The position numbers and the translations under genes were made by a program. Source: Camelus dromedarius (taxonomy: Eukaryota). From it: a stretch of DNA of 64,000 bases. Positions within the stretch are counted from its first letter, which is position 1; every line of letters begins with the position of its first letter. The stretch is taken from positions 118,112,001-118,176,000 of the forward strand of contig NC_087436.1 of the NCBI RefSeq assembly GCF_036321535.1, read 5' to 3'. Positions 22,050 to 33,350 of the stretch are shown here, piece by piece. The notes beneath the pieces are model-generated. The model worked only from the letters and a program-made list of their open reading frames with translations, had not been told where the DNA came from and did no database searches.

Positions 22050-24810
22050 AATTCATATTTGATCAAGGGAACATTCGGTTTATAACATTATATAAGTTTC
22101 ATGTTCACAGTATGTTTCTACCCCGGTAGCCCTCACATTGTGCTCACCACCAAAAATTAACCCTCCGTCCTTCACCAGACAGCCGATGTTAAGTTAACCC
22201 TTCACCCATTTGCCACTCCCCCCACCCGCCCTTCCCCTCTGGTAGCCACTGCTCTAGTCTCGGTATGGTCGTGTTTGTTTTTGATTGGTTTGGTTTGCTC
22301 ATTTACTTTTTGTTTGTTCTTTATACCCTACATATGAGTAAAATCACACAGGATTTGTCTCTCTCCCTCTCACTTCACTTAGCGTAATACCCTCAAGGTC
22401 TGTCTGTGTTGTTGCAAGTGGCAAGATTTCATCTAGCTTTTTTTGCATCTTCTTTTTTTATTGAACTATAGTTGATTTACAATATTGTGTTAGTTTCAGG
22501 TGTACAGCATAGTGATCAAGTCATATACATATTCTTTTTTGTATTCTTTTTTCATTGTAGATTATTATAAGCTATTAAATATAGTTCCCTGTGCTATACA
22601 GTAAATCCTTGCTGTTTATCCTTTTTGTATATAGTTAGGTGTGTATTTGTGAATCCCATGCTCCTAATTTATCCCTCTCTCCCTCCCCCTTTTGGTAACC
22701 ATAAGTTTGTTTTGTGTGCCTGTGAGTCTGTTTCTGTTTTGTAAATGAGTTCATTTGTATCATTTTTTTTTAGATGCCACATATAAATGATATCATGTGA
22801 TATTTGTCTTTATCTGACTTGCTTCACTTAGTATTAATCTCTGGGTCCATCCATGTTGCTGCAAATGACAATACTTCATTCTTTTTATGGCTGAATAATA
22901 GTCCATTGTATTTGTGTGTGTGTGTGTGTGTATACCACAACTTCTTTTTTTAAAAACAACTTTATTGTGGTATACTTTCTGTACAGTAAATTACATATAT
23001 TTCAGATTATAATTACGTGATTTTTGATACACGTATACACCTATGAAAACTACCACCACAATCAAAATACCTAACATTTCATGTTTTTTTTTTTTTAATG
23101 ACAGAGTAGTTGTATGTATGTACCGCATCTTCTTTATCCATTCATCCACTGATGGGTGCTTAGGTTATTACCGTACCTTGGCTGTTATAAACAGTGCTGC
23201 AGTGAACATGGGTGCAAATATCTTTTTTTTCTTATCTTTTTTTAAACATTTTTTATTGATTTATAATCATTTCACAATGTTGTGTCAAATTCCAGTGTAG
23301 AGCACAATTTTTCAGTTACACATGAACATATATATATTCATTGTCACATTTTTTTTCTCTGTGAGCTAACATAAGATCTTGTGTATATTTCCCTGTGCTA
23401 TACAGTATAATCTTGTTTATCTATTCTACAATTTTGAAATCCTGTCTATCCCTTCCCATCCTCCACCCCCTTGGCAACCACAAGTTTGTATTCTATGTCT
23501 ATGAGTCTATTTCTGTTTCGTTTTTATGCTTTTTTTTTTGTTTTTATTTTTGTTTTTGCTTTTGTTTTTTAGATTCCACATATGAGTGATCTCATATGGT
23601 ATTTTTCTTTCTCTTTCTGGCTTACTTCACTTAGAATGACATTCTCCAGGAGCATCCATGTTTCTGCAAATGGCGTTATGTTGTCGGTTTTTATGGCTGA
23701 ATAGTATTCCATTGTATAAATGTACCACATCTTCTTTATCCAGTCATCCGTTGATGGACATGTAAGCTGTCTCCATGTCTTGGCTATTGTAAATAGTGCT
23801 GCTATGAACATTAGAGTGCAGGTGTCATCCTGAAGTAGGGTTCCTTCTGGATATAAGCCCAGGAGCAGGATTCCTGGGTCATACGGTAAGTCTAGTCCTA
23901 GTCTTTTGAGGAATTTCCATACTGTTTTCCATAGTTGCTGCACCAAACTGCATTCCCACCAGCAGTGTAGGAGGGTTCCCCTTTCTCCACAGCCTCTCCA
24001 GCATTTGTCATTTGTCGATTTTTGAATGATGGCCAGTCTGACTGGTGTGAGGTGACACCTCATTGTAGTTTTGATTTGCATTTCTCTGATAATTAGTGAT
24101 ATTGAGCATTTTTTCATGTGCCTATTGATCATTTGTATGTCTTCCTTGGAGAATTGCTTGTTTAGGTCTTTTGCCCATTTTTGGATTGGGATGTTTATTT
24201 TCTTCTTATTAAGTCGCATGAGCTGCTTATGTATTCTGGAGATCAAGCCTTTGTCGGTTTCATTTGCAAAAATTTTCTCCCATTCTGTAGGTTGTCTTTT
24301 TGTTTTACTTATGGTTTCCTTTGCTGTGCAGAAGCTTGTAAGTTTCATTAGGTCCCATTGATTTATTCTTGCTTTTATTTCTTCTAGGAGAAAATTTTTG
24401 AGATGTATGTCAGATAATGTTTTGCCTATATTTTCCTCTAGGAGGTTTATTGTATCTTGTCTTATGTTTAAGTCTTTGATCCATTTTGAGTTGATTTTTG
24501 TGTATGGTGTAAGGGAGTGTTCTAGCTTCATTGTTTTACATGCTGCTGTCCAGTTTTCCCAACACCATTTGCTGAAGAGGCTGTCTTTACTCCATTGTAG
24601 GTTCTTGCCTCCTTTGTCGAAGATTAGTTGACCAAAAGTTTGTGGGTTCATTTCTGGGCCCTCTATTGCAAATATCTTTTTGAATTAGTGTCTTCATGTT
24701 CTTTGGATACATACTCAGAAATGAGATAGCTGGATCTAATGGTAGTTATAACCTTAACTTTTTGAGGAATCTCCATACCGTTCTCCACTGTGGCTGCACC
24801 ATTTCTAATC
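22050..24810 (-). mobile_element. Older LINE-1 3' end interrupted by further L1 insertions (22437-22945, 22945-23080, 23228-24666)
   Basis: Host text breaks at gcaagatttcat (22432), resumes at about 23080, breaks at ggtgcaaatatc and resumes at 24682 (gaattagtg..ctttggatacatactcagaaatgagatagctggatc). Confidence 0.85.
23228..24666 (-). mobile_element. Young 5'-truncated LINE-1 (ORF2 C-terminus plus 3'UTR) with 15-bp TSD
   Basis: Uninterrupted 360-aa ORF 23569-24651 with the L1 Cys-rich motif [18 protein letters not shown] and [21 protein letters not shown] tgcaaatatcttttt at 23213-23227 and 24667-24681. Confidence 0.96.
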
Positions 24811-25562
24811 AGAAAAGCAACCTATGTTCATTGCACCAGATTACATTTTGGTGTGTAATTCTTGTTGTACTTCTTTTCTCATGTCAATAGGACTGTAAAT
24901 TTAATCGATATAAACAGCATATATAACAGTGTTGGATTCTGCTTTTTCAAACTAATTGTCTGGCAGGAGCATAATTTCCTTATGACAAACTTCTTATGAA
25001 TCATTTTTAGTGGCTACATAACCTTCCACTCTGGAGAAGGGTAATAAGACATCTAATCTTGAACCTGTCACATAGGTTATTTCAGGCTGCTTCTGATTAT
25101 CTTGCCAATGTAAATAATGCTGAGATGAAGATCTCCGAGCCTCAGCTCTTTCAGGGGAGACTGCTTGGATTGGGTCAAGGGGATGGGATGGACATGTGGG
25201 CTATGATGGGTGTTGAAGGAGGGAGGCTGTGTCGGCATCCTCCCTTTTTGGGTACCACTTTTTGACGCTGTTTATGGTCTCTAAGATGCCAACAGATTAA
25301 AGACAGACCACCTTTAATTCCATGTAAATGCTGGGTCAGTAGCAAAACTCCCTTCACACACTGGCCTCTGAAGGCATTGCCTTCTCGTCATAAGCAGGAA
25401 AGGAGAGAACCTCTCAAACTGTCTGGCCTCAGTGTTTTACATGTTAATGGTGATAGTACTACCTTGTTTACTGCTAGGACTATTTTGAGAATTACTGAGA
25501 GCAAAAGATATGAAAGTGTATTTTCTGTAAATGAAAATATTATTCACTCTAAGAGGTTTTCT

Positions 25563-25642
25563 ATGTGTGTGTGTGTGTGTATGCCTACGTATGACAATAG
25601 ATGGATGATAGATAAATAGATAGATAGAGAGAGAGATAGATA
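25563..25642. repeat. (TG)n and (GATA)n/(GA)n microsatellites
   Basis: Directly visible. Confidence 0.85.
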
Positions 25643-26329
25643 ATGCCCCTTCCAGCTTTAAGTGGAAAGGAGAGGGTCCTTAATCCGTTGGCCGGTACTG
25701 AGTACCTTACATACTGCATGGCTCACGATTTTTTTTATTATGGGGACTTAAACTTTGCCTCAGGGGGTTCCTCGGGGCTTGTAACTAAAAGGCCTAGTAC
25801 TCCAGCTGACTTCGCTCTCCCTCTCGATCTCCTGCTCTCCCGTGTGCTCACTTTATTTTCAGAGCCGTCACTCATGCTGGTCACTGGTTGCTCCTGTTCC
25901 TCCTACAAGCTGAACAGCACCAGCAGAGGCTGAAGGTCACTGGTGTGATTGACCTGGTCATGTGCCCATTCCTAAAGCAGTGGGGGAGGGGCTAGGAGGT
26001 TGGCCCCACCTGAATCTCAGGAATCTGCAGAGGGAGACTGGGAGCTGTTTTCAGAGCACCGTAGTGACCGTGCCTGCCACGTGATTGGCACATTATATCC
26101 TCATGCTGCAGTCTTCATAACAGGCCTGCAGAAGGAGGGGTTTGGGCCCCCTTTCTCCGAGAGGAAAGGGAGGCTCAGAGCAGTTCATGACCGTACCTGA
26201 ACCAATGAGATTGCAATTCCAACTCAAGACCATCCACTGTGCCCTAAGGTTTCCAGTTCTTGTAGGGAAATGACCACCAGCGTGTATTGGGTATTTGGTA
26301 AGTGTCTCCTTTAACTCCTATTAATCTTC

Positions 26330-26480
26330 CTAATGGCCTCTCTAGTTTCCTACTATCTTCCTAATATCATTATGCCTGTTTACAGATGGGGAAACTGAGT
26401 CACATCACTAGTAGGTGGTGGAGATGGACTCGAACCCAGGTTGTCTGGCTTCAAGGGCCACACTCACAGCACCTCTCCCA
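26330..26480 (-). mobile_element. MIR SINE
   Basis: MIR core tttacagatggggaaactgag..ggactcgaacccaggttgtctggcttcaa. Confidence 0.75.
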
Positions 26481-27090
26481 CAGCTGTGTGAGAAGGCCCT
26501 GGCCCTTCCCTGCTTAGCCAGCTGCACCCCCTGCTCCATGCCTGGAGCCCCTCCTGCTGGGCTTCTGTTTGGCTGCCTCTCACCCCGCTGGCAGGGAGCA
26601 CAGGGTGGAATTGCTTGTTGGATTCGTAAGGACACCACTGCTTTAAATTAATGATACGTCAGCTTTTCATCTCATTACACGGAGGGTGAATTATCACAGC
26701 CTTGGAAAGCCTGCCTGTACCCCTCCTCATTCTTCTTTTTTGCTGACATGCTCTATAACCGGCAGAGGCAAAGACCAGGCACTGATTAGTTTTCACGACA
26801 GTTTGGCCTCTAAGGAATAAATGATGGGTGCTCCCAGGCCTGTGACCATCCAGGTTGAGTTGTCAAGTGCAATATTTTCATGTGTTCTGAAGCGAAATTG
26901 TTTGGCTCTCTTGGGCTTCAGGATACCAGGGCAAAGGAAGAAGGGAGTGAAAAATCACCCCAGGGACAGGGGCTGGTACATTAGCAGGAGCCCTGGAGAG
27001 GTGGGGAGTGGGGGAGGAGAGGAGGGGAGAGATGGGGAGGGGAGAGTTTCAACACTCAGCTCTGAGGTCTGATGTCCCCGGCTGTGAGGC

Positions 27091-27479
27091 TGCTCTGGAC
27101 TTAATTGTGCTTCCTCCATCCCCCAGCCCTACCCCATGCAGACTCACATGTGGATGCCCTAACCCCCAGTGTGACTCTGTCTGTGGACAGGGTCTTTTAA
27201 GTGGCCAATAAGGTAAAGTGAAGTCGTTGGGGTGGAGCCCTAATCCCAAAGGATGGTGGCCTCCTAAGAAGATGGAGAGAGGGTGAGTCTCTCTGCCACG
27301 TGAGGACACAGCAAGAAGGTGGCCATCTGCAAACCAGAAGGAGAGTCCTCACCAGATCACGTCCACGCCTGGATGTGATCTCCGACTTGCCGTCTCGGGA
27401 ACGTTGCGGAAGTACGCGTCTGCTGCTAATGCCCCCCAGGCTGTGGTTTGTGTTATGGCAGCCCAGGTGGACTAATACA
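27091..27479 (+). mobile_element. MLT1A/B-like solo LTR
   Basis: TG...CA ends and perfect 5-bp TSD GAGGC (27086-27090 / 27480-27484); gtgaggacacagcaagaaggtggccatctgcaaacca. Confidence 0.9.
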
Positions 27480-28404
27480 GAGGCCTTGAGAGTCATTTGA
27501 TTTTCCGTGCTGTGTCTCAGTTGCCTTATGTGTAAGATGCAGATGAAAAGATGACCACATCATAGGGTTGCTCTAAGGACCAAGTAGGGTCATATATAAC
27601 AAGTATCCACAGGGTCCCGGGCAGGGCGCCAGCTGGATCCGGCACCTCTGATGCTGTTGTCATGGTAACACTCGTCTTTCAGGTTCCCCTTGGGCTGGCT
27701 GGACCAGTTTTCTCCTCTTCCAGCAGTGTACATGAGGACATGCTGACTGTTGGAAGATATGTCTTGAGTTTTCAGTACTAGATTTTCATCCTGATTACAT
27801 GGTAATGGGTAGGTAGGTCAGACTGTATTTTCAAAATCCAATTCCATGTACCAGATTGACTGTGCTAGACTAGCTGTTAAAATGATCTGTTTATAATTGG
27901 TCCATTGCCTCCCCTGCCCAGTTTGCCATTGAAGTAACTGTGGGAATGGAGATCGGGTAGGATGGGATGAGAACAGATACCTGCAGTCAGTTTAAACAGT
28001 TCTCATAGCAAGTGTTGTGTTGTTTCTAGAACCTTCCCTGAGTAGCAAAGGGCTGGTTCAAGACACAAGTCTTTACGAAACACTCTAAGCCAAGAAAGAA
28101 CCACTTAAACCAGTGGCTGATTTTTCTTAAGCATTGAGAACTTCGACTACGTAAAACTATTTAAGGTGTTGAAAGGTGGAGCTGCTCTGTCTGAAGCAAG
28201 GGGACAGGAAAGGAAGCTGAGGGACAACAGAGACAGGAAGGCCCTCGGGGAACCTTTGATGAAGGATAGAAACCCTTTGCAAAGAATCACCAGTTACTGA
28301 GTAGCCTCATTTCCATAAAAATAATCATCTTTGGTCTTGAATATTGCTGCAGCATCCCAGCTCACCTTTCAGCACTCAGCCGCACCAGTTTGCCCCACAC
28401 GGGG

Positions 28405-28742
28405 TGCCTTAGGTCAGGTCAGGCTGCTGTAATAGATTGCTGTAGACCGGGCGGCTTAACAGCAGACCTGTATTTCTCACAGTTCCGCAGGCTGGCAAGT
28501 CTGAGATCAGGGTGCTGGCCTGGTCAAGTTCTGACGAAGACCTTTCTCCTGGGGTAGAGATGCTGTCTTCCTGCTGGGCCCTCACGTGGGAGAGAGAGAG
28601 AGAGTGAGCTCTCTCTTGTTCCATCATGAGGGCCCCACCCTCATGACCTAATCACCCCCTGGAGGCTCTGCCTCTGTCACACTGGGGACTAGGGTTTCAC
28701 TTTAGGAATTTTTGGAGGGACACAGACATTTAGTCCACAGGA
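28405..28742 (-). mobile_element. MLT1A-like solo LTR
   Basis: caggctgctgtaa..ggcttaa..tttctcacagttc..ggcaagtctgagatcagggtgc..ccccaccctcatgacctaatcac. Confidence 0.85.
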
Positions 28743-29827
28743 GGGCAAACTTTATCAAAGTGCATATCCAAGCCCACCCCTCCTCTGAGTAGAATACCAC
28801 AAGGCCCAGGGAATATATGTCTCTCCGTGAGCTGACCCCTGACATTATGTCAGTCTCTCCTCCTGACACCCACCCTTGCCACCATCTTGCTGCATTTTTG
28901 TCCAGCCGTTCTGACTCATGAGTGCCCCCTGTACTTCATCTTGCTGTTTTCATCCCGCCAGGCCTGGCACATGCTGTTCCTTCTGCCTGGAACGCTGACT
29001 CCCCTTGGTTTTCGGTGAGAACTTCCACTCATCCTCCCACAAGTATTCATTCATTTAATAGGTACTGATTGGAGCCTTCCTGGGTACCAGGTGCTGTCTT
29101 AATTTCTAAGGGCACAGAGAAGAAGAGAATCAGTATGGCTCCTGCCCTCTTGGAGTTTACAGACCAGGCACCACCCCCTCCATCAAGCTTCCTCAGGACG
29201 GCTGCCCAGGCCCCCACTGGCCGTGCTTGCTTCTGGACTCTGTCGCAGCACAAGGCAGCTCGGCCACTTTTATCTGTTTGTATGTCTGTTTCCTCTGTTA
29301 GCAGGGAGCCGCTTGGGGAATGGGACCACGCCCTACTCACCTCCGTATTCCCAGCACCTGCTGTTCAGTACATAATTCATTCGGTGTTTGTTAAGGTCCT
29401 AGAACATGCCAAACACCGTGCTGGCCCTGGTGATAGAACAGTGAGTGAGATGGTCGCTCGCCATCTCTACTGAGCTTACAGATAAGAGAGGACAGACCCT
29501 CAGCCTCAGCCAGCGGTTGATTCTGCACCCCTGCTCTCTTCTTACATCTTGAGTAGTCACGGTCCTTTGGGGTCCTGGTTAAGTTAAAAAACATAGAGAT
29601 TCCAAACATCCACCATGTCGTGGGGCTCAGAGATGGGAAATGCTTGTGAGGTTCTTCCAAATTCCAATTAGTATCATCTTATGTTTCCATCATCATGGTA
29701 ACTCCCTTAATAAAAGGGAGCAAGAGGTGATGCTGCCTCGTCCAGGGTCCTTTTCTCATCCCTTACTATTCCAGGATTTGTCAGGTTTGTGCTTTCAAGA
29801 TCCCAGGTTTCCCAAATTTTATTTTTA

Positions 29828-29975
29828 TTTATTATTATTATTAATTTATTTTTATTTTTATTTTTTAATTTTAATTTTAATTTTTTTTAAATTTTTACTG
29901 GAGGTACTGGGGATTGAACCCAGGCCCTCGTGCATGCTAAACATGCACTATACGACTGAGCTGTACCTCCCTCCA
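29828..29975 (-). mobile_element. tRNA-Ala-derived SINE (vic-1-like) with perfect 16-bp TSD
   Basis: ggaggtactggggattgaacccaggccctcgtgcatgctaaacatgcacta..ctgagctgtacctcc; TSD ccaaattttattttta at 29812-29827 and 29976-29991. Confidence 0.93.
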
Positions 29976-30634
29976 CCAAATTTTATTTTTAAGTGGTATA
30001 GGTTTGTTATACTTAAGCGGGTGAGTGTGGATTACAAGATGTACCAGCTGCGTTCTGACATCCAGAGGGTCAACCCTGAACTGTGGAAAGGGATGGGTGA
30101 GGACCCAGAGAATGTGCTGTGCAAAAACCAGGGCTTGGGGAGGGTGGAACTGGGCCCGGCAGTGGCCCTCATGTATCAGATAATTCCTGCGGGTGAATGG
30201 GGGTGGGAATCCAGAAATCCATGGAAGGGCATGGAGTTTGCCCAACGTCCATGGGAAAGCCAGGACCCCCTTGGACCCGCCTGCAGTCTTTGGAGCGCTC
30301 TGCCTCCCCATCTTCCACCCACACAGTGCCTTCTTATGCCCATTTCTCTGACTTCTCATGCTTTTTCTGTAATTAGGACTCTCCTGGGTCCTTGGGGAAT
30401 CATTAAAGTCTTCCTACACTTCATCAGTGCCTAAAGTACTGGTAGCACTCCCCTTTGACTGATCTCCTACGGTGCACGGCTCTTTTCCTATTTTACCCTG
30501 ATTGGTCTTCCGAGCCATCTTCCATGGTGGATGTTACCACCCCCAGCTTACAGCTGGAGAAGCTGAGGACTGGTGGGTTAAGTAACTTGTGGGGGATTAT
30601 GTAGCTGACAAGAGGCAGCATCGGGACTAGAGGC

Positions 30635-31211
30635 AACAACGTGCCAGTAATGCTTCACAACAAGCTGTCCAAGGGACAGAAAGCAAGCCCTGGCCGGTAG
30701 AGTCGGCCGATTTCCGTGGTGTCAGCTCTCCCATCATGGCCTGCTACAGGCTGAAGGTATGAATCTTCCCCAGATTCATATGTTGAAGCCTTAACCTCCA
30801 GGGTGATGGATGGTAGCAGGAGGTGGGCCCTTGGGAGGGGATCGAGTCATGAGGGTAGGGCCCCCATGAACAGGATTAGTGTCCTGACAAGAGGTCCCAC
30901 TGAGCTCCCTCACTCCTTCCCCTTCTGCACGTGAAGACACAGCCAGAAGACAACTGTCTATGAGCCAGAAAGCTGACGCTCACCAGACACCAAATCCACT
31001 TGCACCTTAATCTTGGACTTCTAGGCTCCAGACCGTGAGAAAGAAATTTCTGTTGCTTCTAAGCCACCCAGTCCATCGCATTCTATGATAGCAGCATAAG
31101 CGGACGAAGACATGGTTGATTTCAAACTAACAGCATGTCAGCCTGCTTGCAAAATTTCTGAAAACTGAGACATTCTCATGAGGCAACAGGAGCCAGCTCC
31201 AGCACAACCCT
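30635..31211. mobile_element. MER63-like hAT-Blackjack DNA transposon split by an MLT1 LTR
   Basis: gccgatttccgtggtgt..ctcccatcatggcc, then the LTR, then gatttcaaacta..gcttgcaaaatttctgaaaa..gagccagctccagcac. Confidence 0.7.
30742..31112 (+). mobile_element. MLT1A-like solo LTR
   Basis: tgctacaggctgaa..ttcatatgttgaagccttaacc..ctcaccagacaccaaatc..gaagaca; degenerate 5-bp TSD tggcc/tggtt. Confidence 0.85.
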
Positions 31212-32799
31212 GATAGACTCAGATCTAACGCCGAAGCTTTGATTCTTCCTAAACCCATCTTCAGTGAGCCAGGGCCAGGATACACCTCACAGACCTGAAG
31301 GTGGATAAGCAATGAGAGTGATGCTTTGAGATCAGTTAAAAAGAGGAAATATGGTGGTTGGATACCAGGCAAAAAGTGTTCCTTCCCTTTCCTAGGACTG
31401 TGCTCTTGGAAAGCCTCAGTTTCCTCGTCTATACAACAGGGATAATACCCCCCTCTTTTCCAGGCTTTGTGAAAGTCCAAATCAAATGGGATCCAGTGGA
31501 TGAAGGTTCTGTGAAAATGATAATTTGTTAGTGAGATGTACTTTATTGCACTTCCTTCTGAGGAGAACTGAAGCACGGGTCGTAGCCTGTAAACCCCATG
31601 AATGGTTTATGGGCCTGAAATCTCCGGGGGGAGGCAGTGAATGTGGTTGTAACTGTGCGAACTGCAGGTAAAGCCGACGGATGCTAAGCGATGAGCAGTT
31701 CTCTGTTAAGCTTGTGTCCCAGAGAGAATCAAAAATTGCCATAGAGTGTCATACCTTTTAATGGGAAGTATATACCCACTGTGGTGAGCTTAATTAAATT
31801 GGAGACTGTAGCTCCCTTGTTCCTCGGGTTTTTGAAAGTCGCACGGCAGCTCCGGTGTCCTTCTGACAGCTGGGCACGCACCCACCCTGGTCATCGCACT
31901 GGAGTTTCCTCTGCCTGGGATAACTTCCCCTAGGCACCTGCAGGGGACGTTACCTGCTGTTTGAGGTCTTTTCTTGGCTACCCGATTGTAAGTGGTCAGT
32001 TCCTCCCCATCCTGGCAGTCTCAACCCACTAACCCTCCTCCCCACTTTAGATGCAATACATTTCACTTATTTATCCTGTTTATTTTCTATGCCTCCTTCA
32101 CACACACATGCGTGAAGGAGGGAAGGGCTCCAGAGGGCATACTCATCTACATTTTCACCGCTTTCCTCAGCACTCGGAAACCTGTCTTGACATGGGGTGG
32201 AGGCTCAGTAAGTGCTTGCTGAATGAATGATTGACCGACTCCATGTCCTCTGCCCCGCAGAGGATATGCAGAGGCTGTAACCGGCCAGCTTGCGCTGACC
32301 CACACTGATGTGGCGGTCAGAACTAAAAGCAAAAGTGAGCCCTCTAGTCTTCCCAGCCCAACAGAAGGTATTTTGCTAATCTGAACAAATGGTGTTTCCA
32401 CCCCAAACCTCTGATCCCGCGTCAGTTTGTAAAGCTAAGGAAGGAAAGTGACCTTTTAGATTCTGATGGGTGATGGTGGTGGCGGTTCTAATAGCAAACC
32501 CTTATTAAGCGCTGGCTGCGTACCTTCTGGGCGCTCCACATGGGTCATCTTAGTTATTGCCCACAGTGTCCTGTCCAGTGGCCCTGTGCCTTTCCATTTG
32601 GCAGAGGGACAACTGAGGCCGAGGGGGGTTCGTGGCTTATAAACGAGTGGACCGCACATCAGGCCAGTGGTCTGCACCAGCACCCCCTGCCTTTGGGTTC
32701 ATGCGTTCATTGATTCAGCACTGATTGATTGATCCATTTGATTGATTGATGGATCTTAGCCAGTAGGTATTTATTTTGTAAAGTGATTTTTCTCCCCCT

Positions 32800-33350
32800 A
32801 GTCTCTTTTTAAATTGAAGTACATTGATTTGCACTGTTGTGTTAGTTTCTGGTGTACAGCATAGGGATTCAATTATACATATATAAATATTCTTTTTCAT
32901 TACAGGTTATTACAAAATATTGAATATAGTTCCCTGTGCTGTACAGTAGGTCGTTGATGTTTATCTATTTTGTATGTAGTATTGTGTATCTGCTAATCCC
33001 AAACTCCTAATATATCTCTCTCCCTCTTCCCCTTTGGTAACCGTAAGTTTGTTTTCTGTGTCTGTAAGTCTGTTTCTGTTTTGTAAATAAGTTTATTTGT
33101 AACATTTTTTTTAGATTCCACATATAAGTGCTATCATATGATATCTGTCTCTCTCTTTCTGACTTACTTCACTTAGCATGATAAGTGTATCCATATTACT
33201 GCAAATGGTATTGTTTCATTCTTTTTCATGGCCAAGTAATATTCCATTATGTATATATACCACAACTCTTTATCCAGTCATCTGTTGGTGGACATTTAGG
33301 TGCCTCCGTGTCTTGGCTGTTGTAAATGTTGCTGCTGTGAACACTGGGGA
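32800..33350 (-). mobile_element. LINE-1 3' end
   Basis: ttttaaattgaagtacattgattt..gttagtttctggtgtacagc..agattccacatataagtg..ggacatttagg. Confidence 0.9.

Noticed and set aside
23569..24651. 360-aa ORF as a host gene
   Set aside because: It is the LINE-1 ORF2 C-terminus inside a 5'-truncated, TSD-flanked insertion, with no EN, RT core or promoter.
29640..30434. 264-aa + strand ORF
   Set aside because: It reads through an antisense SINE and its T-rich tail (FYFYLLLLL), shows no recognisable domain and has no splice support.
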